From Corallochytrium limacisporum Hawaii (Eukaryota > Protista > Pluriformea): a stretch of 64,000 nucleotides of DNA. The stretch lies in assembly GCA_002811645.1 (NCBI GenBank), contig PDIP01000001.1, forward strand, positions 268,608 through 332,607. Direction: 5' to 3'. Positions within the stretch are counted from its first letter, which is position 1. Each line of letters begins with the position of its first letter. The position numbers were made by a program, and so were the translations under genes. The notes beneath the pieces are model-generated. The model worked only from the letters and a program-made list of their open reading frames with translations. It had not been told where the DNA came from and did no database searches. This document shows, one piece after another, positions 45,365 through 54,561 of the stretch.

Positions 45365-48300
45365 TCAAAAGTTGACAGATCCGTTGCCCACCTGCTCGGT
45401 CTGTTTGTTCAGATTTCGGAAGAAACTGACGTCAATGTTCACTTTCTTACGCTCACCGACGGGCTCGGCCCTAAAGCAGAGTTGCCTGAAACGTTCCACT
45501 TCCTCGTCTAGATCAGTGAATTCATCCTCAGTATTGGCGTTGGCCTCCAGCATGGCGGCTAGACCGTTTGGAAACTTTTGCGCCAGGGTCTCTTGTTGCG
45601 CTGCAAACTGATTGTGGGGATCATCATTGTCAGTGCAACGGTTGCCATTGGACCTAACAATGTCTTCACGTGCGCCATCATCATTGACTGTAGGAGTAAA
45701 AGTGCCACCGTTTCGTTCGTCCTTCTTGAAAGTCGTATTCGTTGTGGATAACCGCTCATCTTTCAGTCTCTGCTTTTGCGTCTGATCGCACAGGGCTTGT
45801 TCCAGAGCAGCAGCATTCTGGCTGCCTGAGACGGCATTCGAATCCACAACAGACGTATTGCCACGACCGAAATCCTTGGTTGTCGTGGCAGAGGGATTCT
45901 TCTTCTTTTTCTTCTTTTTCTTGTTCTTCTTCTTGCCGCCTTCGATGAAATTCAACAGATCATCGACGTCCCTCTGATCCTCCAGCGGGGGTGCGGCGCC
46001 CGTGGCCCCGGCGCTGGTATCCGGAGGAAGTTCGTGTGTGGCGTTGCAATGGTCAGCCCTGCCATGTCCGAATACGCCGTCCATACCAAGTTGACACACA
46101 TCCGCCACGGTACCGCCGTCCATGAACTGACGACTATGCAGACGGGCGCGCAGCTTCTCCCGCAGGCGGTCTCTGCGTGCGGCATAGTTATGACTTTTGC
46201 TCCCCCCGAGCATTTCACAGTACACGCATTTGCACGGTTTGACGTGCTGAATGCATTCTGGACAGTCGCACGGGTACTCGTCTTCGCCAATGGAGTCCTC
46301 GTAGTGGTCACCACCACAGCTGCAGTTCTCATCGCTGCAGTATTCTTGGCTGTACATGTCACCGTTATGCCTGTGGCCATTGCAATGTTCGTGGTGGCCG
46401 TGGTGTCCGGCGTCATCATTGTGACAGTAGCAATCGCAGTCGTCTCCGTTGTGATGATCATGGATACATCCGCAGTCCTCTTCGTCCGGCTCCGATTCGT
46501 GGCATCCGAAGTTTGTGTCAGATGGGTGATGGTGATGATGGCTATGGTGATGATAGTAGGCGTCACTGGTGGAACCCATATCTTGAAGGGATTGATCTGG
46601 GTGGTGTTGCTGAGCGATTTTGGCGCTACCAGCATCAGCGTCTCCATTTAGCGCAAACCGTAGTTCCCCGTGAGGTGCTCCTACCCTAAAAAGATTGGGC
46701 GGCATATGATTGACAGCGGACTGCCGCTTCTCTTGCAGCTTGATCATTACTTCCTTCAGCAGATTTCCGATAGTCTCGAGCGTTTCCTTGCTCGCTTGAC
46801 TGCGTCCATCGTCGAGAGAGTGCTTGAGTTTGACAATTTTGTTCCACGCCTGGGGCATGACTTCCTCACCGTCGTCAATGCTGGCCTTGATGCCCTCAAG
46901 CGTTCTCATAAGTTCGTAAGCTGATGTAGAGTGGGCGTCAGTGTCCGCCAGATGAACGTCATTCCCCGTCATTCCATCGGAAACTGACTCCGAATGCACC
47001 GATGGCATCATCGGTGCAGCAGTAGACAGAGATATAGATTCACCCTTCACCTGACCAAAGGATAGCATCGATGGTGGAATTTTCTTCATCTCACAGTCAG
47101 CATCAGTGGCAGGCGTGCCGCTCCTGGGGCCCTCAAGTAGACTGCGAATCTGCACCAGTCGCTCTTGCAGTTGATTCATGTCATGCGTGAGCATGCAATA
47201 GTGCTTACGGATTTCCTCATTCTTGTTCGCTGCGGACTGCAGGAATGAAAGCATCATCTCCACGTCCGGGTCCATGAGAATGATCTCAATGAACATACAC
47301 CGTCCAATATCAGCACAACTAAGCCGGTATTGCTTAAGATACTCCGCCTCTAGTTCTCCGAAGATTGAGGAAAACCGGTCATTGACATCGCCCAATGCGT
47401 AAAAGTGCTTCAGTAATGTCAGAACAAAGACTTCCATGATATCTGGCACTCTTCTCAGATCAGGCATAGTGTCATCCTGTGCCACTTCCTTCCCCTCTTC
47501 CTCTGAATAGTCCCGATCCGTGGCGTAAATAATTCGGAGATACGTGTCAATGGACCGCTGCCGATCCTGCCAGCGTCTCACCTCGGTTGAGTATTGTATC
47601 CACTCTAGCTCTAATTGGTCGTCATCAGGTCCCATGGCTCGTTCGACCGCTTCTGGCGATTCTCGTACCCACTTGATGCCAAGTTCCTGAGTCAGTGCGA
47701 TAGCATTCGGACTCAACATATCTGTGGCCTTGGCCAGACTGCCGCCTACCTCACCGACAAACCTCTTATAGAAAGACAAGTTCTCTGACATAATGGGTTT
47801 CCGCATACCAATCATTTTCTCCACTATTTTAACTAATTCATCACGGATCTGCCAGTTGCAGACCTTGGCCACGTTGACCAAGGCCTGGAACACTTTCTCC
47901 GGGTAGGTCTTACACAGCTGATCCGCAATGTCCTTGACCTGCGATACCAAGTTCTGAAACCACGGTCGCTGGTACAGATCTGGCTGATAGAGGCCGTGCA
48001 TAAAGATCTCTAGCCGTGGCGCAAATTCATCCTCAGTTTCTCTGTCCAAATGGCCCATTTCGCGCCCAATATATTCCCACCAGGCCAACATGGCGGCTTC
48101 ATCCTCTGCTTCCACTCGGGAAGTCAAGCTGGAATGTGCGTGTTCCTGACCCGCCAATGTCGATGCGGGTCCACCTTCTTGATCTAAATGACTACCGGTA
48201 CCAGCCGGCGTCTGCGTTGTAGTCCGTAGCTGTGCTGTTGATCTGTCGTGCGACACACGAGAGTGTTGGAATGTGTACGGATGCTGCTGATCATAGAGAC

Positions 48301-48835
48301 TTAGTTCCTCTCCGTACGATCCGCGCAGCTCTTCATTGTATTCTTGCATTAGTGGATGAACATATCCGTAGCATGTGTAGCAAAAGCCCGCCTTGTCATA
48401 ATACATGTATCCGAACCGACACATGCACAATTCCTCCTTCTTGCCTAATTGTGAGAGCTTTGCTAGAAACCCGCAGTCGTCACACTGCCAGTACATCGAA
48501 CCATCGTAAGTAATTGGTCTGTGAACCCTGACATCTTCAGAGCAGTTCGGAGACTTACATATAAACCAGAATCCCTTCGTCTGTGCCTGGTTCCGCCTGC
48601 AGCGCACAATACTATCAAGAGCTTTACCCTCTGCTTCTGTTAATGCCACGCACCATCGTGCAAATTCCACATCACTGCAAATGTCGTCCAAGTCTATCGA
48701 ATTGGTTGGGATGTGGCTTACATTGTTGCCTGTACTTCCCAGTACCATCTGTGGTGCCGCATGGTCTGCAGTAGCCGCGGTTTTCTTCGGCTTGTGTGCG
48801 GGCCGTCCAGTCTTTGACTTTCGGGCACGTCCCAT
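45365..48835 (-). CDS. FAM193-like protein
   Basis: 'CKCVYCEMLG...NYAARRDRLREKL', 'DQRDVDDLLNFIEG' and C-terminal 'DEEVERFRQLCF....RKKVNI' parallel the conserved FAM193A/B motifs. A central helical region is also present. Confidence 0.7.
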   Translation of the reverse strand: MGRARKSKTGRPAHKPKKTAATADHAAPQMVLGSTGNNVSHIPTNSIDLDDICSDVEFARWCVALTEAEGKALDSIVRCRRNQAQTKGFWFICKSPNCSEDVRVHRPITYDGSMYWQCDDCGFLAKLSQLGKKEELCMCRFGYMYYDKAGFCYTCYGYVHPLMQEYNEELRGSYGEELSLYDQQHPYTFQHSRVSHDRSTAQLRTTTQTPAGTGSHLDQEGGPASTLAGQEHAHSSLTSRVEAEDEAAMLAWWEYIGREMGHLDRETEDEFAPRLEIFMHGLYQPDLYQRPWFQNLVSQVKDIADQLCKTYPEKVFQALVNVAKVCNWQIRDELVKIVEKMIGMRKPIMSENLSFYKRFVGEVGGSLAKATDMLSPNAIALTQELGIKWVRESPEAVERAMGPDDDQLELEWIQYSTEVRRWQDRQRSIDTYLRIIYATDRDYSEEEGKEVAQDDTMPDLRRVPDIMEVFVLTLLKHFYALGDVNDRFSSIFGELEAEYLKQYRLSCADIGRCMFIEIILMDPDVEMMLSFLQSAANKNEEIRKHYCMLTHDMNQLQERLVQIRSLLEGPRSGTPATDADCEMKKIPPSMLSFGQVKGESISLSTAAPMMPSVHSESVSDGMTGNDVHLADTDAHSTSAYELMRTLEGIKASIDDGEEVMPQAWNKIVKLKHSLDDGRSQASKETLETIGNLLKEVMIKLQEKRQSAVNHMPPNLFRVGAPHGELRFALNGDADAGSAKIAQQHHPDQSLQDMGSTSDAYYHHHSHHHHHPSDTNFGCHESEPDEEDCGCIHDHHNGDDCDCYCHNDDAGHHGHHEHCNGHRHNGDMYSQEYCSDENCSCGGDHYEDSIGEDEYPCDCPECIQHVKPCKCVYCEMLGGSKSHNYAARRDRLREKLRARLHSRQFMDGGTVADVCQLGMDGVFGHGRADHCNATHELPPDTSAGATGAAPPLEDQRDVDDLLNFIEGGKKKNKKKKKKKKNPSATTTKDFGRGNTSVVDSNAVSGSQNAAALEQALCDQTQKQRLKDERLSTTNTTFKKDERNGGTFTPTVNDDGAREDIVRSNGNRCTDNDDPHNQFAAQQETLAQKFPNGLAAMLEANANTEDEFTDLDEEVERFRQLCFRAEPVGERKKVNIDVSFFRNLNKQTEQVGNGSVNF

Positions 48836-50620
48836 GATTGCGACACAGCTTGTCTTTCCTTCAGAAGAGACGTTTACTACTGATCCTACAGTTTGGCCAT
48901 GTCTGTGTAATTTGAGCAGAGTTCGAAGTGTTCGAACTTCCCCGGCCCATCACTTTCTAAATTGTGCTATGCAAGTGGTAGAATTAATATTAGTACACTC
49001 CAGAATAAAGCAGGTGTGTTATCGCTAACTTTCTCAAATATCCCCTTAGAGTGATCAGATAATGATTGTAATCATGCTATTATAACCAAGGCCTGCCAGT
49101 AACGTTACTGGCGGTTGGGAATGTGTCCAAAAGGATAGCAGACTTGCGCCATGCTGCACTGGCCCACATCAGCAGATTCTCATCCTTCGAAGCGGGAGGG
49201 AGGCCTTTAATGCGGCGGGTGGGGGGGCCAAGGGATGGAAAAATTGGCCAGTGGGAACATACTGGCTAATACAAACCTCGGTGGAAACCGAACCCGCCCC
49301 AGCTTTCTCCCCTTTCCGTCTCTTTTCCGGCACCGTTTCAGGTCCCTGCTGCTAACCCGTCCCCGCGTGACTCCATTCAAGAATCCCTCCCTACCCTGCT
49401 GTTGCTGACCTCACGAGCTGACTAGCGCTTCCCGTTGATCCTCTCACATCCAACAGGGCTAAAGTAATGATTTGCACTATGCTCTGGAATGACATTGATC
49501 ATGCTTGTGCTTGCGCTTGGGTTGTTCTTTGCTGTGATAGACCAGTGCCACCGGTGGTACTGTAAAGCAGAAAGAGAAGGCGCTGATTAGATGCCCATTC
49601 CATTGGTGGCGAAGGATTTTGAACAATTCGGCGAGGTTTGCCTACATTGTTGTGGCTGACTGAATTCCGGACACGGTCAGATAGAGAATTACACTACCAA
49701 AGGAATCTTCGGCATCGTCAGCCTGTAGATCATGGTCATCCAAAGCAGGTTCCGTGGTGCCTTCCAAGTCGACCTGTGTCCGGTGGGTGGCTGAGTCGTG
49801 ACTTGCGCAATACCTTAAACTTATATCGGGCTTCCGGGCGGGTGAAGGATTGTATGGCGCTAAAAAGCCAAGGCATTTTAAATATCCGGAATATCTTGAT
49901 AACAAAACGGTCTTTCTAAATATTTATATATTCTAATAAATTTAAAGTTATATATATATATACTGATAGTTTATAAATCAAATTTCACGCACTTCAACGT
50001 GAAAATCAGCAGGGGGAGTAAGCGGATTGGGGCCTAGGTGGCGAGTGCGGTACACGGCCACTCGACTGCTGCGAGGCACCAGGGAACGACCGACCACACG
50101 GGTGACCCCCGGCTACCAGAGCGGACATTCGAAGGGGCACTCTCACAGAAACAGAGCCAAAACATCGGAGCCGAAGGGCGGGCCAGAATCGGTTCGAGGG
50201 GAGGCAGCAAGAAGAGACTGAACTGACGGAGAGAGAAGGGCGGCCAGCCAGTCATGAGGGGCGGCCTCGAGCGACGAAGACCTTGGAACCGCTTCTTCAC
50301 CGACAAACTGAACTTTGAACACCAAAAAGTCCAACTTATTTCTCAGTTGCACACGGCTAAATGTGTTTTCCAGTACCGTCCCATTTAGCAGCTATGTCAA
50401 ATTTGAATGCTCAGAGACTTGGTAATTATCGGTTCGCAAAAGTTTTATGCGTGTACGACTTTAAAGAAGCACATATTGGAAAACCTTGAATGATGTGCGA
50501 GTTCGACAAATCGTGAAACCAACAGAATGAAATGACTTCGACAGTGTATTGGATGAAAGAGCTGGAAATCAGTTGTATTGGCAAGGCATAGACATAACGA
50601 CGTTAGAAAACAAAATTAAA

Positions 50621-53600
50621 ATGACATCAGTGCACACCGGGTACAATCCTCGTTCTGGTGGAAGTCAGCGCTATGGAGGCTCCACAGAGTCACAAACAGT
50701 CCCCGAATCTGAAGGTGTGCTGGTGATTCGTAAAAACAATGGCGAAGTCATCGAAGTTCCGGTTGATTCGCTCCCCGCAGCCTATGAGACTACCGGTCTG
50801 CTTGAAATGGAACGGTGCTCTCTGCAGTACTGGAACAGGGCAGCTATTGCATACTACAGTGTAGATCGCGGCGAAGAAGCCATTGAAGTGCTGCAACAAG
50901 CTGCACGGGCCACAAACGTACCTGCAGAAAAGAGCGACCGAGCACGTGTACACACACTCATGGGCATTGTACAGTTGGAGCGGGCCATGGATCTGGTCCT
51001 GGGACGGTCCAAGGACGGAGAGGGTCAATCAACTAAAAAGAGCAAAGAAGAGTATCTACAGGATGCAAACACAGAGTTCACTAAGGCCACGGCAATTGAT
51101 GCGGATGACGTCCAACTGACAGTGGCGCGCGGTGTCATGCAGCTGCTGCGGAGTAGTACAGCAGAGAATGACAAGGCCCAACAGACCTTCAGTTCTGCAC
51201 TGCGCCAGAACCCTCGGTTGGTGCCGGCGCTATTGGGCCGTGCGGTCGTAAGGTTCCAGAAAAAGAATTATGAAGGCGCTTTGAATGACTATCGGTATGC
51301 TCTGCGCTCTGCCGGCAGCGATAAAGCTGTGGCTGACATTCGCGTCGGCGTTGGCATCTGTGCATTTCAGCTGGAGCGATACGGGCTTGCTGAACGGGCA
51401 TTTAATCGTGTTCTGGTCCTGGATGCCAACAATGTCTCTGCAAAACTGGGACTGGCCCTGATCCAAATGAACCGTAAGACTAATGAAGGGAACCAAGAGG
51501 GCGTCAAGATCCTGCGCAGCGCCTATGATGTCGAGCCGACCAATTCCTTGCTGTTGTGCCACCTTGCCAACCATTTCTTCTACCGTCGTGACTTCGGTAA
51601 AGCGCTGACTCTGGCTACTGTAGCTCAGACCCACGCTGAGAGTAACGAACGCCAGGGTGAGGCCTGCTACCAACAGGCGCGTGCTTACCATGCGCAAGGA
51701 CAACTGGACAAAGCCCTACGCTTTTACTACCAGGCCGTGAAGATGAACGAGGATCACATGCTGGCCCGCTTTGGTCTGGCCCAAATGTTCATGCGCGAGG
51801 ACAAGAAGGACGTCGCCAAGGCCATCGAACAGCTGCTCGCTATCCACCGCAAACAAGGGCCCACCTACGAAGTGACGAAGCTGCTCGGGTCCCTGTACGC
51901 CAGCACACATCCTCCACAGGTAGCCAAAGCCACTGAGTTCCTGAAGCAGGCTGTGGAGAAGACGCCGGAGGACCTTGAGTGCCTCATCGAGCTTGCAGCG
52001 GTGCAGGAGAACACGGATGCTAGGGAAGCCTTGAAGACATACGAGCTTATCATCAGAACGGTGGTGGAGAGCGGCTACGGAGTACCCCCAGTCTTCCACA
52101 ATAATTCTGGGGTTATGCATTTCCGTCTGGAGCAGTATGAACAGGCTCTGAAGTCGTTCCGAGCAGCTCTTAAAGAGCTAGAGGAGCTGCAGGAGGACGC
52201 CGACGAGGCTGAAAATGCTACCGCAACGGACAATGTCGACGCCGCCGATGCAGAGGACCAAGCGGATAAGAAATACGCCGTAACGATTCGCTTCAATATC
52301 GCGCGAGCATGTGAGGCCCTGCATCTGTGGGACGACGCTAAGAAGGCTTACGAGAGTCTGCTGGAGGATTTTCCTTCTTATGGTAGTGCCCAACTGCGCA
52401 TGGGCTTCTGGCATCTGGAGCAAGGCGATAAGGACGCCGCACTCAAGGTCTTTGAAGAGATTGCCGCCAAGACCCAAAAGCGTAGCAGTCGTCTCAATGA
52501 CACGACCCACGCCGATGCTGTGTGCATGCAGGGTAATATTTTACTACAACAGCAGCGCTGGACGGACGCCCAACAACGCTTTGACTCTGTCCGAAATCGC
52601 GCCCGTGACGACGAGTATGCGAGTGTGCAACTTGGTAACATTTACCTCCGAAGTGCCAGCCTCAGCCCTGACCCCACGACCAAGGAAAAACGTCTTGCGC
52701 GTGCTTACCAGCTTTTCAGCGATGTTTTAAAGAAGCACAAGCGCAACATATTTGCAGCTAATGGTCTAGGCGTGATTATCGCCGAAAGCGGCGAAGACTA
52801 CCTTAACGATGCCAAGAATGTCTTCATGACCATTAGGGAGGCCACCGGCGAGCAGGCTGATGTGTGGATCAACTTGGCCACAGTCTGTACGGAATTGGGC
52901 AGCCACCAGCAGGCTGTAGCACTCTACACACGGACTCTGAAGCGATTCTTTGCCAATTCTCCCCAGAAAAGTCTACTGCTAATGATCGCGAGGGCGAACT
53001 ATTTGATGAATTCATACAAGGACGCACTGCTCAGCCTGGAGCATGCTCAACATCTAGACCCTAATGACAAGGGCGTTGCAACCAACATTTGTCTGGTACA
53101 GCAGCAGATTGCACAGTCGATCCTCGAGCAGCAGACGCAGAGCGTGGAGGAGACGAATCAGGCACTGAAGGCCATCGAACTCTCTATTCGGTCTCTGAAC
53201 ACTCTTTTCAACTCTGTCCAGAAATTGGAGGAGACCCTGAAGAAAAATCCGAGCGAGGTCACAGGAAATCCCAGGGACACCAAACCGTTCGATGGAGCGA
53301 GCCGCCGCCGTTTTCTGGGTGTCGACTCCAAGCAGATTGGATCCCTGGCCAAGCGTGGCCACACTCTCTACGGTAGAGTTCGGAAGATGGTCGAGAGTGC
53401 TAAGCGCAACCAACAGCACGTTCAGGAGCTTGCGCGGCAGCAGGAAGAAAAGCGCCAAGAGCTCCTCGCGCGCAAGCAGCGCGAGAAGGAAGAAGAGGAA
53501 GCGCGCAAACGGGAAGTGGAGGCCAAACACGAAGAGATCCTCCGCAAGCTGGACGAGGAGGCAGAGGAATTGAAGGAGAAGGTCAAGTCCACGGCTGCCA

Positions 53601-54316
53601 CCGTCAAATCACGCAGTGGTGGTGGTCGCAGGCGCCGCAAGGAGGACATGAACGGATTCATTGAGAGTGAAGATGATTCGGATGCGAGTGGTGTCGATTA
53701 TGGTGCCAAGAGGGACAAGAAGTCTAAGGGTAAGAGGAAGCCCAAGAGGATGAAGCAGACGAGGCTCTACGAAGGATCAGACGCATCTGACTCGGAAGAT
53801 GAATCGGATATGTCCGAGGAGGACGCTGACGATGATGTCACCGACAGTGATGCCTCCGGAGATGACAGTCAGAAGAAAAAGCGCCGAAAGAGCAAGAAGC
53901 GCAGGCGGAGGTCGAAGAAACGCCGCTCACGCAAGGCTTTAGACTCCGACGATGACGAAGTCGACGATGATTCGGAGGAGGATCGCCGTCCAACCTCGCG
54001 CCTACGCCGTGGTGGTGGGGACCGTGGAAGAGCCAGCAAATTGACAGCGGACGTTATCGAAGACAGCGATGAAGAAGCCGAAGCGGCTGGTTGGGTCAAG
54101 CCACCCGCCCCCGTTGCAAAGACAGACGGAGACGGAGACGGTACGGTCGACAAGGAAACAGTGGAGGAAAGCCCGAAGCGGACCACGGCGAAGCGCGTCG
54201 TTTTCGCAGACGACGACGATGACGACGACGACCTCGGCCTCGACGGAGATGGTGACAACGACGAGCCACCAAAGCCAAAGAGGGCCCGCGTTGAATCTGA
54301 TGATGATGACGACTGA
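50621..54316 (+). CDS. CTR9: PAF1 complex TPR subunit CTR9
   Basis: 'EVIEV..D.LP......LLEMERC', many TPRs, 'HLANHFFYRRD', 'NIFAANGLG', 'DVWINLA', and a long acidic/basic tail. First ATG at 50621. Confidence 0.93.
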   Translation: MTSVHTGYNPRSGGSQRYGGSTESQTVPESEGVLVIRKNNGEVIEVPVDSLPAAYETTGLLEMERCSLQYWNRAAIAYYSVDRGEEAIEVLQQAARATNVPAEKSDRARVHTLMGIVQLERAMDLVLGRSKDGEGQSTKKSKEEYLQDANTEFTKATAIDADDVQLTVARGVMQLLRSSTAENDKAQQTFSSALRQNPRLVPALLGRAVVRFQKKNYEGALNDYRYALRSAGSDKAVADIRVGVGICAFQLERYGLAERAFNRVLVLDANNVSAKLGLALIQMNRKTNEGNQEGVKILRSAYDVEPTNSLLLCHLANHFFYRRDFGKALTLATVAQTHAESNERQGEACYQQARAYHAQGQLDKALRFYYQAVKMNEDHMLARFGLAQMFMREDKKDVAKAIEQLLAIHRKQGPTYEVTKLLGSLYASTHPPQVAKATEFLKQAVEKTPEDLECLIELAAVQENTDAREALKTYELIIRTVVESGYGVPPVFHNNSGVMHFRLEQYEQALKSFRAALKELEELQEDADEAENATATDNVDAADAEDQADKKYAVTIRFNIARACEALHLWDDAKKAYESLLEDFPSYGSAQLRMGFWHLEQGDKDAALKVFEEIAAKTQKRSSRLNDTTHADAVCMQGNILLQQQRWTDAQQRFDSVRNRARDDEYASVQLGNIYLRSASLSPDPTTKEKRLARAYQLFSDVLKKHKRNIFAANGLGVIIAESGEDYLNDAKNVFMTIREATGEQADVWINLATVCTELGSHQQAVALYTRTLKRFFANSPQKSLLLMIARANYLMNSYKDALLSLEHAQHLDPNDKGVATNICLVQQQIAQSILEQQTQSVEETNQALKAIELSIRSLNTLFNSVQKLEETLKKNPSEVTGNPRDTKPFDGASRRRFLGVDSKQIGSLAKRGHTLYGRVRKMVESAKRNQQHVQELARQQEEKRQELLARKQREKEEEEARKREVEAKHEEILRKLDEEAEELKEKVKSTAATVKSRSGGGRRRRKEDMNGFIESEDDSDASGVDYGAKRDKKSKGKRKPKRMKQTRLYEGSDASDSEDESDMSEEDADDDVTDSDASGDDSQKKKRRKSKKRRRRSKKRRSRKALDSDDDEVDDDSEEDRRPTSRLRRGGGDRGRASKLTADVIEDSDEEAEAAGWVKPPAPVAKTDGDGDGTVDKETVEESPKRTTAKRVVFADDDDDDDDLGLDGDGDNDEPPKPKRARVESDDDDD

Positions 54317-54561
54317 GGAACAAAATGCCACTACGCTGACCCATGAGCGTGTCGGCCGACAAGTGAACGCAATTTCCAGGTTGGAGACCTCAGGTGTAAA
54401 AACTTTTAAATATAGACACTAGTACCAGACCAGATCATGGCAGGGAGAAAGTGCGAAATGACGGCGTAGCACTGTTACGCTTGGTATGTATTTGTGAAGG
54501 GCCCATTGCAAAAAAATGGTAGGTACTTGACATATGCTTGGTAGTCCGTTCGCTTTATTTC

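Noticed and set aside
50027-50310. GC-rich segment as a tRNA or other structured RNA
   Set aside because: GGTTCGA occurs, but I could not build a cloverleaf or find an snRNA signature.
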